DNA of 56,907 bases from Eubacteriales bacterium (GCA_030524245.1 JAUNGW010000001.1:1-56907); one strand, 5' to 3'. Numbered from the stretch's first letter, positions 36,754 through 47,862 are shown. The notes: generated from the sequence alone by a model not told the origin. Made by a program: numbers and translations.

Positions 36754-38868
36754 TTATACCTCAAACATCAAATCGCCATAGCTGGGGAAGGGCCACAAAT
36801 CCTTGTCCACAATCATCTCCAGCCTGTCTGCAGGAGCCCGCAGCGCTTCCATGGCCGGAACCACCCTGTCATGGTAAGCATGAGCCTGAGCCGCGCTCTC
36901 CAGCGCCGCGCCGGCCTCCGTCTCCGCCTCCAGCGCTGCCAGAGCAACCTTCATGTCAGACAGAAGCGCCGAGGTTTCGGTAAGAAGCTCTGTCTGAACG
37001 CTGACATCTGCCTCCGGGCAGGCGCTCTTCACTGCGGAAAGAGATGCCGCCAGCTGCGTTGTGTACTTAATCACCGCCGGGATGATCTGCTTGCCGGCCA
37101 TATCGATCATGGTTCTGGCCTCGATATTGATCATCTTGGAGTAGTTCTCATACTCAATCTCCGCACGGGACTCCAGCTCCGCCCGGGTAAATACGCCGAA
37201 CTGCTCATACAGCTTCACAGCTTTCTCCGTGGTAATGCTGGGGATCGCGTCTACCATGGAACGCAGATGAGGCAGTCCGCGCTTCTCCGCCTCTGCCACC
37301 CAGGCGTCCGAATATCCGTTTCCGTTGAAAATAATTCTCCGGTGATCCTTTAACAGCTTTTTGATCATATCATGGACAGCCGCGTCGAAATCCGCCGCTT
37401 TCTCCAGCTCATCGGCCGCTTCCTTAAAGGCCTCGGCCGTAATCGTGTTCAGCACCACGTTGGCAGGCGCAATGGAATCAGAAGAGCCCACCATACGGAA
37501 CTCAAATTTATTTCCCGTAAAAGCAAAGGGCGAGGTTCTGTTTCTGTCTGTAGCATCCTGATCCAGATCCGGCAGCGTTGCCACGCCGGTCTTCAAGGTG
37601 CCGCCCTTCTTGGAATGAGTAGCCTCTCCGGTGCTGCACAGCTGATCGATCACATCCTCCAGCTGGTCGCCCAGGAAGACGGAAATGATTGCCGGCGGAG
37701 CCTCGTTTGCCCCAAGACGGTGATCATTGCCCACATCCGCCGCCGACTCTCTCAGCAGATCCGCATGAATGTCCACAGCCTTTAAAATACATGCCAGAAC
37801 CAGCAGGAACTGAATGTTCTCATGAGGCGTATCGCCGGGGCTTAACAGGTTGATTCCGTCATCAGTGGTCAAAGACCAGTTGTTGTGCTTGCCGGATCCA
37901 TTGACGCCGGCAAAGGGCTTCTCGTGAAGCAGACAGGTCATGCCGTGACGTCCGGCCACCTTTTTCATGGTTTCCATCACCATCTGGTTATGATCAGCCG
38001 CCACATTGGCCTCGTCATAAATCGGGGCCAGCTCATGCTGAGCAGGCGCAACCTCATTGTGCTGAGTCTTGGCCGTTACGCCCAGCTTCCACAGCTCAAT
38101 GTTTAAATCCTTCATGTATGCGCCGATCCGCTCACGGATCGCTCCGAAGTAATGATCCTCCAGCTCCTGTCCCTTCGGCGGCATGGCTCCGAACAGCGTT
38201 CTTCCTGCGTAGATCAGATCCTTTCTCTGCAGATACTTCTGCCGGTCCACCATGAAATACTCCTGCTCCGGTCCCACGGAAGGCACCACCCGTTTGGAGG
38301 TGGTATTTCCAAACAGCTTTAAAATACGCAGGGCCTGATGATCCACCGCCTGCATGGACCGCAGAAGCGGTGTTTTCTGATCCAGCGCCTCTCCCTTATA
38401 GGAACAGAACGCAGTAGGAATGCAAAGAGTCACGCCGCAGGCATCCTCTCTTAAAAATGCCGGGGAGGTGCAGTCCCAGGCTGTATATCCTCTGGCCTCA
38501 AAGGTAGCCCGCAGGCCGCCTGACGGGAAGGAAGAAGCATCCGGCTCTCCCTTGATCAGCTCTTTCCCGGAAAACTCCATAATCACCTTGCCGGAAGCAT
38601 CCGGAGCAGATATAAAGGAATCATGCTTTTCCGCCGTAACGCCGGTCAGCGGCTGGAACCAGTGGGTGTAATGGGTCGCGCCCCGCTCGATGGCCCATTC
38701 CTTCATGGCATGCGCCACAACGCCGGCAATAGACGGATCCAGCTCTGCGCCGTCCTCCATGGTCTTTTTCATCTTCTTGAACACATCCTTCGGAAGACGC
38801 TGCCTCATCACAGTCTCATTAAACACATTCTTGCCGAAAATCTCCGCTGCATTTAACACTTCGCTCAT
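36754..38868 (-). CDS. glnA: Glutamine synthetase type III
   Basis: [38 protein letters not shown] and [18 protein letters not shown] motifs; about 704 aa. Confidence 0.96.
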   Translation of the reverse strand: MSEVLNAAEIFGKNVFNETVMRQRLPKDVFKKMKKTMEDGAELDPSIAGVVAHAMKEWAIERGATHYTHWFQPLTGVTAEKHDSFISAPDASGKVIMEFSGKELIKGEPDASSFPSGGLRATFEARGYTAWDCTSPAFLREDACGVTLCIPTAFCSYKGEALDQKTPLLRSMQAVDHQALRILKLFGNTTSKRVVPSVGPEQEYFMVDRQKYLQRKDLIYAGRTLFGAMPPKGQELEDHYFGAIRERIGAYMKDLNIELWKLGVTAKTQHNEVAPAQHELAPIYDEANVAADHNQMVMETMKKVAGRHGMTCLLHEKPFAGVNGSGKHNNWSLTTDDGINLLSPGDTPHENIQFLLVLACILKAVDIHADLLRESAADVGNDHRLGANEAPPAIISVFLGDQLEDVIDQLCSTGEATHSKKGGTLKTGVATLPDLDQDATDRNRTSPFAFTGNKFEFRMVGSSDSIAPANVVLNTITAEAFKEAADELEKAADFDAAVHDMIKKLLKDHRRIIFNGNGYSDAWVAEAEKRGLPHLRSMVDAIPSITTEKAVKLYEQFGVFTRAELESRAEIEYENYSKMINIEARTMIDMAGKQIIPAVIKYTTQLAASLSAVKSACPEADVSVQTELLTETSALLSDMKVALAALEAETEAGAALESAAQAHAYHDRVVPAMEALRAPADRLEMIVDKDLWPFPSYGDLMFEV

Positions 38869-38943
38869 ACATTTCCCTTCCTCTCCTGAATAAATTGCCA
38901 TCTCTGGTCTCCTCATCCTTCCGGCCGGATTTCCATATCACGC

Positions 38944-38984
38944 AAAAACGATGGTGCGCTTCCGCTGGAAGAACACCATCGTTC
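38944..38984 (-). terminator. Intrinsic terminator between fba and glnA (possible attenuator)
   Basis: AACGATGGTG-ttCTTCCagcGGAAGcg-CACCATCGTT followed by T-tract. Confidence 0.75.
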
Positions 38985-39053
38985 TTTACTAAAATAAACC
39001 ATTCCGTGAAAAAAATCAAGTATTTTTTTTAACTGTCCAAGGGCGGCGTATCC

Positions 39054-39917
39054 TTACGCTCTGCCCACGGAGCCGAACAGCTCCATCTTCTCCTTCACAG
39101 TAGCCTTGATTGCCTCAAATCCCGGAGCCAGGAGCTTGCGCGGGTCGAAGCCCTTGCCCTCCAGATCCTTGCCTGCCTCAATATACTTGCGGGTTGCCTC
39201 GGCAAAGGACAGCTGGCACTCGGTATTTACGTTGATCTTGGCAACGCCCAGATCAATCGCCTTTTTGATCATATCAGCCGGAATTCCGGTGCCGCCGTGA
39301 AGCACCAGCGGAAGCTTTCCGGTCTTCTCCTGAACGGCTGCCAGGGTCTCGAAGCTTAAGCCCTTCCAGTTTGCCGGATACTTGCCGTGGATGTTGCCGA
39401 TGCCTGCTGCCAGGAAATCAACGCCCAGATCAGCGATCATCTTGCACTCCGCAGGATCCGCGCACTCGCCCATACCTACAACGCCGTCTTCCTCGCCGCC
39501 GATGGAGCCAACCTCAGCCTCAATGGACAGTCCCATGGCATGAGCAACCTTAACCAGCTCCTTCGTCTTCTCTACGTTCTCCTCAATGGGATAGTGGGAG
39601 CCGTCAAACATAATGGAAGAAAATCCGGCCTTAATGCACTTGTAGCAGCCCTCATAGGTTCCGTGGTCCAGATGCAGGGCAACGGGAACGGTGATCTTCA
39701 TCTCGTCCATCATGGCCTTCACCATCTCTGCCACAGTCGTAAAGCCCGTCATATACTTTCCTGCGCCCTCGGACACGCCTAAGATAACCGGAGAATTCAG
39801 TTCCTGCGCAGTAGCCAGAACAGCCTTGGTCCACTCCAGATTGTTAATATTGAACTGGCCCACTGCGTAGTGGCCCTCCACTGCCTTTTTCAGCATTTCT
39901 GTTGCAGATACTAACAT
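39054..39917 (-). CDS. fba: Class II fructose-bisphosphate aldolase
   Basis: FNINNLE, HLDHG, GNIHG, VLHGGTG and KINVNT motifs. Confidence 0.97.
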   Translation of the reverse strand: MLVSATEMLKKAVEGHYAVGQFNINNLEWTKAVLATAQELNSPVILGVSEGAGKYMTGFTTVAEMVKAMMDEMKITVPVALHLDHGTYEGCYKCIKAGFSSIMFDGSHYPIEENVEKTKELVKVAHAMGLSIEAEVGSIGGEEDGVVGMGECADPAECKMIADLGVDFLAAGIGNIHGKYPANWKGLSFETLAAVQEKTGKLPLVLHGGTGIPADMIKKAIDLGVAKINVNTECQLSFAEATRKYIEAGKDLEGKGFDPRKLLAPGFEAIKATVKEKMELFGSVGRA

Positions 39918-39984
39918 GATAAAACCTCCATTTCTTTGCTTTTTACTTTCCCCGCAATCCCTCAGTCCTGCGGAAACTGTTTTT

Positions 39985-40013
39985 ATTATAGTACAAAACC
40001 GTCGATTTGTGAA
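39985..40013 (-). promoter_or_regulatory. Sigma-A promoter of fba
   Basis: TTCACA-N17-TATAAT. Confidence 0.68.
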
Positions 40014-40029
40014 GCACTTGTTGCGGCTC

Positions 40030-41517
40030 CTACAGTCCCAGAATCTCTCCCACGGTCTTTTCCATATCCGCCGCGTCGCACTCCCGGTTATGACGGACCG
40101 GCGCGTTGCGGATCTCCTCCACAGCTGCCGGAATCTTCACGCCGGAGGTTCTGCAAAGCTCATCAATGGAAGCAAATTCATCCTCCGCAGAATCTGCGCC
40201 GCGGATGGCCTTCATCACGCTGTGAGAGAACTTGTAGGGGCTGGCGGTGGACGCGATCACAGTCGGCGTGTTATCGCCGGTGCGCTCTCTGTAGGCCCGG
40301 TAAACGGCGGAAGCCACGCCGGTATGGGTATCGATCACATAACCGGTGTCCTCATACACCTTTCTGATCTCTGCCCAGTTCTCCTCCTCTGTGGCAAAGC
40401 CGCCGACAAAATCCTTCATCACGGCCTTCATCTGCTCTGTCACCGTGTAATCGCCTCTGCTTCCCAGAGCCTCCATCAGCGCTCTGTCCGCACCGGCATC
40501 GCAGCCGGTGCTCAAATAGATCAGACGCTCCAGATTGCTGGAGATCAGAATGTCCATGGACGGGGAGCTGGTCAGGATAAACTCCCGCTTCTTATCATAG
40601 GTTCCCGTCTGGAAAAAGTCGTACAGAACCTTGTTGTCATTGGACGCACAGATCAAAGTCTTTACCGGAATTCCCATCTGTTTTGCAAAATACGCCGCCA
40701 GAATGTTGCCGAAATTGCCTGTGGGCACGGTGATATTGATCAGATCCCCGTTTTTGATCTCGCCGTTCTTCACCAGCTTCGCGTAAGCGTACACATAATA
40801 AACCACCTGCGGAACAAGGCGGCCGATGTTGATGGAATTGGCGGAGGAAAGCTGGAAGCCCTTTGCAGCAAGCTTCTCTCCAAATGCCTTATCGCCGAAA
40901 ATCTTCTTTACGCCGGTCTGTGCATCATCAAAATTCCCATGAATAGCCACGACCGCTGTATTGTCCCCCTTCTGGGTCACCATCTGCAGCTCCTGAACTC
41001 TGCTGACTCCGCCCTTCGGATAGAATACGATGATTCTTGTTCCAGGCACATCAGCAAAGCCGGCCATCGCTGCCTTTCCCGTGTCTCCGGAGGTTGCGGT
41101 CAGAATCACAATCTCATTCTCCACATGGTTCTTTTTGGCAGAGGTCGTCATCAGATACGGAAGAATGGAAAGCGCCATATCCTTAAACGCAATGGTGCTG
41201 CCGTGGAACAGCTCCAGATAGTATGCGCCGTCTGCCTTCACCAGCGGCACAATCTCCTCTGTGTCAAACTTTTCATCATATGCATGATTAATACAGAAGC
41301 GCAGCTCCTCCTCTGTAAAATCCGTCAGAAACAGCTTCATCACCTGATAAGCCGTCTCCTGGTATGTCATACCGGCCAGCTCCTCTATGGAAGCCTCCAG
41401 CTTCGGAATCTGCGTGGGCATAAAAAGCCCGCCGTCATCTGCCAGTCCTTTTAAGATTGCCTGGGATGCAGTCAGCCCGCTCTCCCCGCCGCGTGTACTC
41501 TGATAGGATAACTTCAT
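40030..41517 (-). CDS. thrC: Threonine synthase
   Basis: YQSTRG, LELFHGSTIAFKD, ATSGDTG, SANSINIGR and VPTGNFGN motifs. Confidence 0.96.
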   Translation of the reverse strand: MKLSYQSTRGGESGLTASQAILKGLADDGGLFMPTQIPKLEASIEELAGMTYQETAYQVMKLFLTDFTEEELRFCINHAYDEKFDTEEIVPLVKADGAYYLELFHGSTIAFKDMALSILPYLMTTSAKKNHVENEIVILTATSGDTGKAAMAGFADVPGTRIIVFYPKGGVSRVQELQMVTQKGDNTAVVAIHGNFDDAQTGVKKIFGDKAFGEKLAAKGFQLSSANSINIGRLVPQVVYYVYAYAKLVKNGEIKNGDLINITVPTGNFGNILAAYFAKQMGIPVKTLICASNDNKVLYDFFQTGTYDKKREFILTSSPSMDILISSNLERLIYLSTGCDAGADRALMEALGSRGDYTVTEQMKAVMKDFVGGFATEEENWAEIRKVYEDTGYVIDTHTGVASAVYRAYRERTGDNTPTVIASTASPYKFSHSVMKAIRGADSAEDEFASIDELCRTSGVKIPAAVEEIRNAPVRHNRECDAADMEKTVGEILGL

Positions 41518-41580
41518 AGGTTTATACTCCCTTTCTTCCCGATGCGCCCCCGTAGAACGCATGCCGGCATGTTTGGGTTG

Positions 41581-41609
41581 ATTGTAGCACACTTTGGAAA
41601 CAGGTGCAA
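41581..41609 (-). promoter_or_regulatory. Sigma-A promoter of thrC
   Basis: TTGCAC-N17-TACAAT with TGn extended -10. Confidence 0.62.
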
Positions 41610-41634
41610 TTATAAATCTGAAAAAGAATGTACA

Positions 41635-41669
41635 AAGGATCCGCAGCTTCAGACAGTCTGCGGATCCTT
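41635..41669 (-). terminator. Terminator after pgm
   Basis: AAGGATCCGCAG...CTGCGGATCCTT perfect 12-bp stem. Confidence 0.75.
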
Positions 41670-41713
41670 CTGTATCCGGGCGCCCTGCCGTAGCCGGACG
41701 TCCCGTTGATATT

Positions 41714-43396
41714 CTATGCCAGAATCGGCTTTAATGCCTCTGCCAGCTTATCCTTCTGGGCCTGCGCCTCCGCCAGGTCCTTTCCAAGAGTGGTGAAGTA
41801 AGTCTTAATCTTCGGCTCCGTACCGGACGGACGAACCACGACTGTCGCGCCTCCTTCCAGGGCATAAATCAGCACATTGGCGGAAGGAAGTCCGGTCTCC
41901 TCAGGCTTCATGTAATCTGTAGTCTTCACAACACGGCAGCCTGCAAACTCAACCGGCGGGTGCTCACGAAGTCCCTGCATAATTCCGTTCATCCTGTCCA
42001 TGCCGGTCAGTCCCGGGAACTCGAAGCTGTCCACCTTGTTCAGATAACGTCCGTACTGGGCATAAATCTCCTCCAGACGCTGCTTGATGGAGCTGCCGAT
42101 GCTGCGGTAGTAAGCCGCCATCTCGCAAATCAGCATGGAGCCGATCACCGCATCCTTGTCGCGCACATACGGTCCCGCCAGATATCCGTAGCTCTCCTCA
42201 AATCCGAAGATAAAGCGATCCACCTCTCCGGCTGCTTCCAGACCGGCAATCTGATCGCCGATCCACTTAAAGCCGGTGAGCACGCTCCTCATCTCCACGC
42301 CGTAGTGTTCCGCAATGGCGTCCGCCAGCGGAGTGGATACGATGGATTTTACCGCCACCGGATTCTTCGGCATGGTGCCCTTCTCGATTCTTCCCGCACA
42401 GATATAATCCAGCAGCAGAGCGCCCATCTCGTTGCCGCTTACCAGCTCATAGGAGCCGTCCGGGCACTTCATGGCAATGCCTACACGGTCGGCATCCGGA
42501 TCCGTTGCCAGCATCAGATCCGCGCCTGTCTCCTTCGCCAGGTTCAGTCCCAGCTCCAGCGCGGCGAAAATCTCCGGGTTCGGATAGCTGCAGGTGGTAA
42601 AGTAGCCGTTGGGATACTCCTGCTCCGGCACAATGGTAATATCGCTGATACCGATATCGTTCAGCACCGTGGTTACCGGAACAAGGCCGGAACCATTTAA
42701 CGGGCTGTAAACCAGCTTCAGGCCGGCTGTTCTGCACAGCCCCGGGCGGACCTGACGATCCTCAATGGCGCTGTAGAACGCCTTCTTGCAGTCATCGCCC
42801 ACGAAACGGATCATGCCGTTCTCCACTCCCTCGGCGAAAGAAATATACTTCGCGCCGGTCAGCACATCGGTCTTCTGAATCTCATCATACACAATCGCAG
42901 CCGCATCATCCGTCATCTGGCAGCCGTCCGGTCCGTAAGCCTTGTAGCCGTTGTACTTGGCCGGGTTATGGGATGCCGTAACCATAATGCCTGCGTTGCA
43001 GCCGTAGTAACGGGTCGCAAAGGACAGAGCCGGAACCGGCATCAGAGCATCGTAAATGCGCACCTTAATGCCATTGGCCGCCAGCACTCCTGCTGCCGTC
43101 TTTGCAAAAATATCGCTCTTTAAGCGGCTGTCGTAGCTGATGGCTACGGTCTGGCTGCCGCCCTGGGTCTTCACCCAGTTAGCCAGTCCCTGGGTGGCCT
43201 GGCGTACTACGTAAATATTCATGCGGTTCGTTCCTGCGCCCAGTACTCCCCGCAGACCGGCGGTGCCGAACTTCAGCGCAACAGCAAACCGGTCCTTGAT
43301 CTCATCATCGTTCCCCTCAATTTTGGCCAGCTCCGGTTTCAGATCCGCGTCCTCCAGATCTGCTGAAAGCCAGCGCCTGTAATCATCCAGATACAT
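41714..43396 (-). CDS. pgm: Phosphoglucomutase/phosphomannomutase
   Basis: FGTAGLRG, TASHNP, DPDADR, FEESYG and RPSGTEPK motifs. Confidence 0.93.
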   Translation of the reverse strand: MYLDDYRRWLSADLEDADLKPELAKIEGNDDEIKDRFAVALKFGTAGLRGVLGAGTNRMNIYVVRQATQGLANWVKTQGGSQTVAISYDSRLKSDIFAKTAAGVLAANGIKVRIYDALMPVPALSFATRYYGCNAGIMVTASHNPAKYNGYKAYGPDGCQMTDDAAAIVYDEIQKTDVLTGAKYISFAEGVENGMIRFVGDDCKKAFYSAIEDRQVRPGLCRTAGLKLVYSPLNGSGLVPVTTVLNDIGISDITIVPEQEYPNGYFTTCSYPNPEIFAALELGLNLAKETGADLMLATDPDADRVGIAMKCPDGSYELVSGNEMGALLLDYICAGRIEKGTMPKNPVAVKSIVSTPLADAIAEHYGVEMRSVLTGFKWIGDQIAGLEAAGEVDRFIFGFEESYGYLAGPYVRDKDAVIGSMLICEMAAYYRSIGSSIKQRLEEIYAQYGRYLNKVDSFEFPGLTGMDRMNGIMQGLREHPPVEFAGCRVVKTTDYMKPEETGLPSANVLIYALEGGATVVVRPSGTEPKIKTYFTTLGKDLAEAQAQKDKLAEALKPILA

Positions 43397-43456
43397 GTTT
43401 TTCTCCCCCGAGATGTTTAGTAAAAATCTGTGCAGAATCACATATTTTCCTTCTTA

Positions 43457-43485
43457 AATATACACTTTTTTGAATGGCCTGTCAA
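43457..43485 (-). promoter_or_regulatory. Sigma-A promoter of pgm
   Basis: TTGACA-N17-TATATT. Confidence 0.7.
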
Positions 43486-43561
43486 TCTCTGCGGAACATG
43501 TATGCAGCAGACTACCAAAAATTCTGCCGTTGTGATAAGATACAGCCAGCTCTGCGGGCAG

Positions 43562-44545
43562 TCATCGTATGACCTCCAGAAACCGCCGCCGGCTGTCTTC
43601 CTGCTCATCCAGGCTCCGGAGCTTTTCTGTGTTTTTGTCTGGAATCCATGCCTTATTTGCATTAAAATAATAATTCAGCTGCTTCCAGTACTTTTCCGGA
43701 TACAGGAACAGACAGTAAAGACAGTCCCGGTCCTCCCGGCCGGCGGGCAGCACCCGGTCATAGCTTTCCAGCATGGAAAGCCCAAGCCCCTGATCCCAGC
43801 CATGCTTTTCCATAACCTTGCGCATAAAGCGGTATAAATCTGCCATCTGGTTTCCCCGGTGCATCTGATTAAACTCGATAAACGCCACGTCTCCTGCGCC
43901 GATCAGCACATGATGCTGATCCAAATCCCCATGACATAAAAAAAGCCGGTTCTGACTCTGCCTGCCCTCCAGCCTTTTCAGCCCCTCCTGCGCATCTCTT
44001 GCCTGCTCATAATAGGCCTCAAAATGCTGCATAACGCAGAGTTCAAAATCGCTTTTCTTTCGTTTTCCGCGGATGTAGGTTCTGGCCCGTTTCATCTCCC
44101 GGCTGTGCCGCTCCATCTCACTGGAAAGCTCCGGCGCTGTCATGGAACCCGAATCCCATTCCTCCTGCCAGGGAATCTGCCGCAGCGCCCGGTGAAGCCC
44201 GGCGATACGGCTTACGGCCGTCAGTATCTCCCTGTTGTCCTTCAGGCTGCACTCCCTGTCTGTAAACCACTCCTTTAATACATATTTTGTCCCGTCAGGC
44301 GCTGTACTTAACAGATTTCCCTCCTGATTCCTCACATACTGATCCACAGATGCAGTCCCAAGCTCCTTCAGCCTGTTTAAAATGCATTCCTCAAATTCCA
44401 GACGCTTTACAGTCCCTCTGTATTCCTTTAAAAGCCTGATCCCGTCTGTCCGCTCACAGACCCAGGCGCCGCGGCCCCGCCGGACCGATACGGTCTCTCC
44501 CTCATACTGCTGCAAAGCGTCCATATAGCTGTCGTTCACGCCCAC
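43562..44545 (-). CDS. CotS-family spore coat kinase-like protein
   Basis: LLKEY, LKEWF..REC, CHGDLDQHH, DLYRFMRK and LYPEKYWK motifs. Confidence 0.82.
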   Translation of the reverse strand: MGVNDSYMDALQQYEGETVSVRRGRGAWVCERTDGIRLLKEYRGTVKRLEFEECILNRLKELGTASVDQYVRNQEGNLLSTAPDGTKYVLKEWFTDRECSLKDNREILTAVSRIAGLHRALRQIPWQEEWDSGSMTAPELSSEMERHSREMKRARTYIRGKRKKSDFELCVMQHFEAYYEQARDAQEGLKRLEGRQSQNRLFLCHGDLDQHHVLIGAGDVAFIEFNQMHRGNQMADLYRFMRKVMEKHGWDQGLGLSMLESYDRVLPAGREDRDCLYCLFLYPEKYWKQLNYYFNANKAWIPDKNTEKLRSLDEQEDSRRRFLEVIR

Positions 44546-44588
44546 CCCTCCACTCTCTTCCTGTCAGTTTTTCCTGTCAGCTACTTTC

Positions 44589-44617
44589 AGAGTATGAATG
44601 GGCCGGGCCGATTATGC
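44589..44617 (-). promoter_or_regulatory. Sigma-E (mother-cell) promoter of the CotS-like gene
   Basis: GCATAAT-N14-CATACTCT fits the B. subtilis sigma-E consensus; overlaps the cca stop codon. Confidence 0.65.
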
Positions 44618-45871
44618 CCTCCCTTTTTCCGAAAAATACCAGGGAATCAGCAGCTCCTTTTTATTGTGCTCCGGGTGATCCAGCACCTCCTCAAACATCA
44701 CGCCCAGGATCCTGCCAATCTCTCTTCCCGGCGCTATGCCCTCTGCAATCAGATCCTGCCCGTTTACAGCCAGCTGCTTCAGGCTGAGACAGTCTCCTCT
44801 CCGCCTGATTCTCTCTGCCATTTCCACAAGCTCAGCGCCCCAGCCATTGAGCACAGCCAGACTGTCCCACACCTCCGGCTCCATCCGGCTCATAGCCCGG
44901 CGCACTGACGGAGCTTCCAGAGGAAGGATGACTCCCGACCACGCCACCAGAGTGCGCACCTTTCCGATGGTATCATTATCAAGCTTCAGATCTCTTAAAA
45001 TGCGGACGGCAAAGGCTGCCCTTTCCCTCTCCCACTCCGCGCCGCCCGGCTCTGCTTCCAGCTGTCGCCCGTCAGCCTGCAGCGCAGCCCTGCCGCACCG
45101 GAGAAACGCAGCCCAGCGGACATACTTTTTCCGGGGACTGTCTTTCGGAAAACAGGCCGTCTGCCATGACAGATCTGCAAAATCCGGCGTCACATAGGGC
45201 GCCATTCCCGTTTCATATACCTGGCCGATGCGCTCCGGATGATCTGAGCATAAAAGCTTTGTCAGCTCCATCTGCACACGCTCTCTGCTGACCTTGTTCA
45301 GATTGGGCGCAATCAGCTTTATAGCGTTCCAGGTTTCCTCATCCACCGCAAAATCAAGCTGAGCAGAAAAACGAATTGCCCGCAGGATCCGCAGCGCATC
45401 CTCCTCAAATCTCTCTGCCGCACTTCCCACACAGCGGATCCGTTTTCTCTCCAGATCCTCTATCCCGCCAAAGGCGTCCACAATTCCGGTCCGATGGCTG
45501 TAGGCCATAGCATTAATCGTAAAATCCCGGCGCCGCAGATCCTCCAAAAGATCGGAGGTGAATTTCACCTGCTTTGGATGACGTCCATCCTCGTATTCCC
45601 CGTCAATCCGGTAGGTGGTTACCTCATACCCTTCCCCTTCCATCATCACCGTCACAGTCCCATGCTGAATTCCCGTATCGATGGTTCTCCGGAACAGCGC
45701 CTTGATCTGCTCCGGTCTGGCTGAGGTGGTAATATCCCAGTCGCCCGGACATCGTCCCAGAAGCGTATCCCGGACACAGCCGCCCACAGCATAGGCCTCA
45801 TACCCATGTTCTGCAAGCCTTTCAATAATCTGCTCCACCTGCGGCGGCAGCTCTATGTGCATCTTCCTCAT
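44612..45871 (-). CDS. cca: CCA tRNA nucleotidyltransferase
   Basis: VGGCVRD..DWDITT, RRDFTINAMA and EDALRILRAIRF motifs. Confidence 0.92.
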   Translation of the reverse strand: MRKMHIELPPQVEQIIERLAEHGYEAYAVGGCVRDTLLGRCPGDWDITTSARPEQIKALFRRTIDTGIQHGTVTVMMEGEGYEVTTYRIDGEYEDGRHPKQVKFTSDLLEDLRRRDFTINAMAYSHRTGIVDAFGGIEDLERKRIRCVGSAAERFEEDALRILRAIRFSAQLDFAVDEETWNAIKLIAPNLNKVSRERVQMELTKLLCSDHPERIGQVYETGMAPYVTPDFADLSWQTACFPKDSPRKKYVRWAAFLRCGRAALQADGRQLEAEPGGAEWERERAAFAVRILRDLKLDNDTIGKVRTLVAWSGVILPLEAPSVRRAMSRMEPEVWDSLAVLNGWGAELVEMAERIRRRGDCLSLKQLAVNGQDLIAEGIAPGREIGRILGVMFEEVLDHPEHNKKELLIPWYFSEKGRA

Positions 45872-45939
45872 CCCTTCTTCTCCATTCCGCATTCTGCCAT
45901 CAGAAACTCCGCAAATAAATTTTCCTGTAATATCAACAA

Positions 45940-45970
45940 GGGGACCTGCAGAAAAAATCCGCATGTCCCC
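45940..45970 (-). terminator. Hairpin after proS
   Basis: GGGGAC...GTCCCC stem. Confidence 0.5.
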
Positions 45971-46000
45971 GAAGTCTTAATCTTCTTAAAACAGCTGCAA

Positions 46001-47434
46001 TTAATATGCGCGGCCCCAGTAAACCATCTTCTTCGCCGGCTTGCCGCAGCAAACGCACTTATCAGACAACTGCTCCTGCTCAAACGGCATGCAGCGGGAG
46101 GTAGCAGCGGTTACCTCTTTGATCTTGTCCTCGCACTCCTGGCAGCCGCACCACATGGCCTTCACAAAGCCCGGCTTTTCATTGATCGTCTTCACGAACT
46201 CATCAAAATCTCTGGCCACATAGGTGTGGGCGTCCCTGTGGCTCCTTGCCTTATCCAGCATATCATGCTGAATGGTTTCCAAAAGCTCTCCGACCTTAGC
46301 CCCAATCTCATTCAGAGAAACCGTCATCTTCTCATGGGTATCCCGGCGGACCAGAACTGCCTGATTGTTCTCAATATCTCTCGGTCCGATCTCCACGCGG
46401 ACCGGAATTCCGCGCATCTCAGACTCACTGAACTTCCAGCCCGGACTCTTATCAGAATCATCCACCTTTACCTTGAACCCGGACAGCGCGTCGCGAAGCT
46501 CATATGCCTTATCCAGCACGCCTTCCTTCTGCTGCTGAACCGGAACAATCATCACCTGAACCGGTGCAATCCGCGGCGGAAGCACAAGACCGTTATCATC
46601 GCCATGAACCATAATAATGGCACCGATCATACGGGTGGTCATGCCCCAGGAGGTCTGGTGCACATACTGCAGCGTATTATCCTTAGCCGCATACTGAATT
46701 CCGAATGCCTTGGCAAATCCATCGCCGAAATTATGGCTGGTTCCGGACTGCAGCGCCTTTCCGTCATGCATCAGCGACTCGATGGTATAGGTAGCCTCTG
46801 CGCCTGCAAATTTCTCCTTATCTGTCTTCTGTCCCTTCACCACCGGAATAGCCAGAACCTGCTCGCAGAAATCCGCATAGACATTCAGCATCTGGATGGT
46901 ACGCGCCTCTGCCTCCTCTGCCGTGGCATGAGCCGTATGCCCCTCCTGCCATAAAAACTCTCTGGAACGGAGGAACGGACGGGTCGTCTTCTCCCAGCGC
47001 ACCACAGAACACCACTGATTATACACCTTAGGCAGATCTCTGTAGGAATGAATATCTCCCGCATAAAAATCACAGAACAGCGTCTCAGAGGTCGGACGCA
47101 CGCACAGACGCTCCTGCAGCTTTTCCAGGCCGCCATGGGTCACCCAGGCCACCTCCGGCGCAAAGCCCTCCACATGATCCTTCTCCTTCTGAAGCAGACT
47201 CTCCGGAATAAACAGCGGCATATACACGTTCTGTACGCCGGTTTCCTTAAAACGGCGGTCCAGCTCCGCCTGAATGTTCTCCCAGATCGCATAGCCTGCC
47301 GGCTTAATCACCATGCAGCCCTTCACGCTCGCATAATCGCAGAGCTCTGCCTTCTTTACCACATCCGTATACCACTGGGCGAAATCCACGTCCATGGATG
47401 TGATGGCCTCAACCAGTTTCTTGTCCTTTGCCAT
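46001..47434 (-). CDS. proS: Proline-tRNA ligase, archaeal/eukaryote-like type
   Basis: [19 protein letters not shown] and SWGMTTR motifs; C-terminal Zn Cys cluster; terminal GRAY. Confidence 0.97.
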   Translation of the reverse strand: MAKDKKLVEAITSMDVDFAQWYTDVVKKAELCDYASVKGCMVIKPAGYAIWENIQAELDRRFKETGVQNVYMPLFIPESLLQKEKDHVEGFAPEVAWVTHGGLEKLQERLCVRPTSETLFCDFYAGDIHSYRDLPKVYNQWCSVVRWEKTTRPFLRSREFLWQEGHTAHATAEEAEARTIQMLNVYADFCEQVLAIPVVKGQKTDKEKFAGAEATYTIESLMHDGKALQSGTSHNFGDGFAKAFGIQYAAKDNTLQYVHQTSWGMTTRMIGAIIMVHGDDNGLVLPPRIAPVQVMIVPVQQQKEGVLDKAYELRDALSGFKVKVDDSDKSPGWKFSESEMRGIPVRVEIGPRDIENNQAVLVRRDTHEKMTVSLNEIGAKVGELLETIQHDMLDKARSHRDAHTYVARDFDEFVKTINEKPGFVKAMWCGCQECEDKIKEVTAATSRCMPFEQEQLSDKCVCCGKPAKKMVYWGRAY

Positions 47435-47475
47435 GATTGTTCTCCTTGCCTTCGTAATTAAAAAATGATATCTGT

Positions 47476-47802
47476 TCAGTCCAGATCTTCCTCGTCCACC
47501 AGCTCGTCAAACTCCTCATCATCCAGAAGCTCATCGAAGGCATCGGCTACGATCTCGTACTCATCGTCATCCTCGATATTGTCCAGGCTCGGGTTGCCGT
47601 CCGCATCCTCGCTGTAACGGTATAAATACACCTCGCCCTCCTCAGACTCGGCTCCCTCCGTGGGCAGCAGCGCGATATACTCCCGCTCTCCCGCCTCAAA
47701 TATGGTAAGGACCACACACTCCAGCTCGCTGCCGTCATCCAGCGTCAGAGTAACGGTCATCTCCTCCTGCTCCATTTCTTCTTCCTTTCGGTTCTGTGCC
47801 AT
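47476..47802 (-). CDS. DUF1292 acidic protein
   Basis: [19 protein letters not shown] and NIEDDDEYE motifs. Confidence 0.85.
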   Translation of the reverse strand: MAQNRKEEEMEQEEMTVTLTLDDGSELECVVLTIFEAGEREYIALLPTEGAESEEGEVYLYRYSEDADGNPSLDNIEDDDEYEIVADAFDELLDDEEFDELVDEEDLD

Positions 47803-47862
47803 AAAAACACCTCCCATTATTCTCCTGCGGCCTGCCGCCGCACTAATTATCGTCCACATCAC

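Noticed and set aside
39916-41454. 512-aa plus-strand ORF (also 21625-22893, 35411-36607, 45806-46954, 53525-54454)
   Set aside because: Each mirrors a well-conserved minus-strand gene in the antisense frame and has non-protein-like composition.
47435-47475. T-box leaders for proS, gltX or thrC
   Set aside because: Leaders are too short and no T-box GGTGG.ACC sequence is present.
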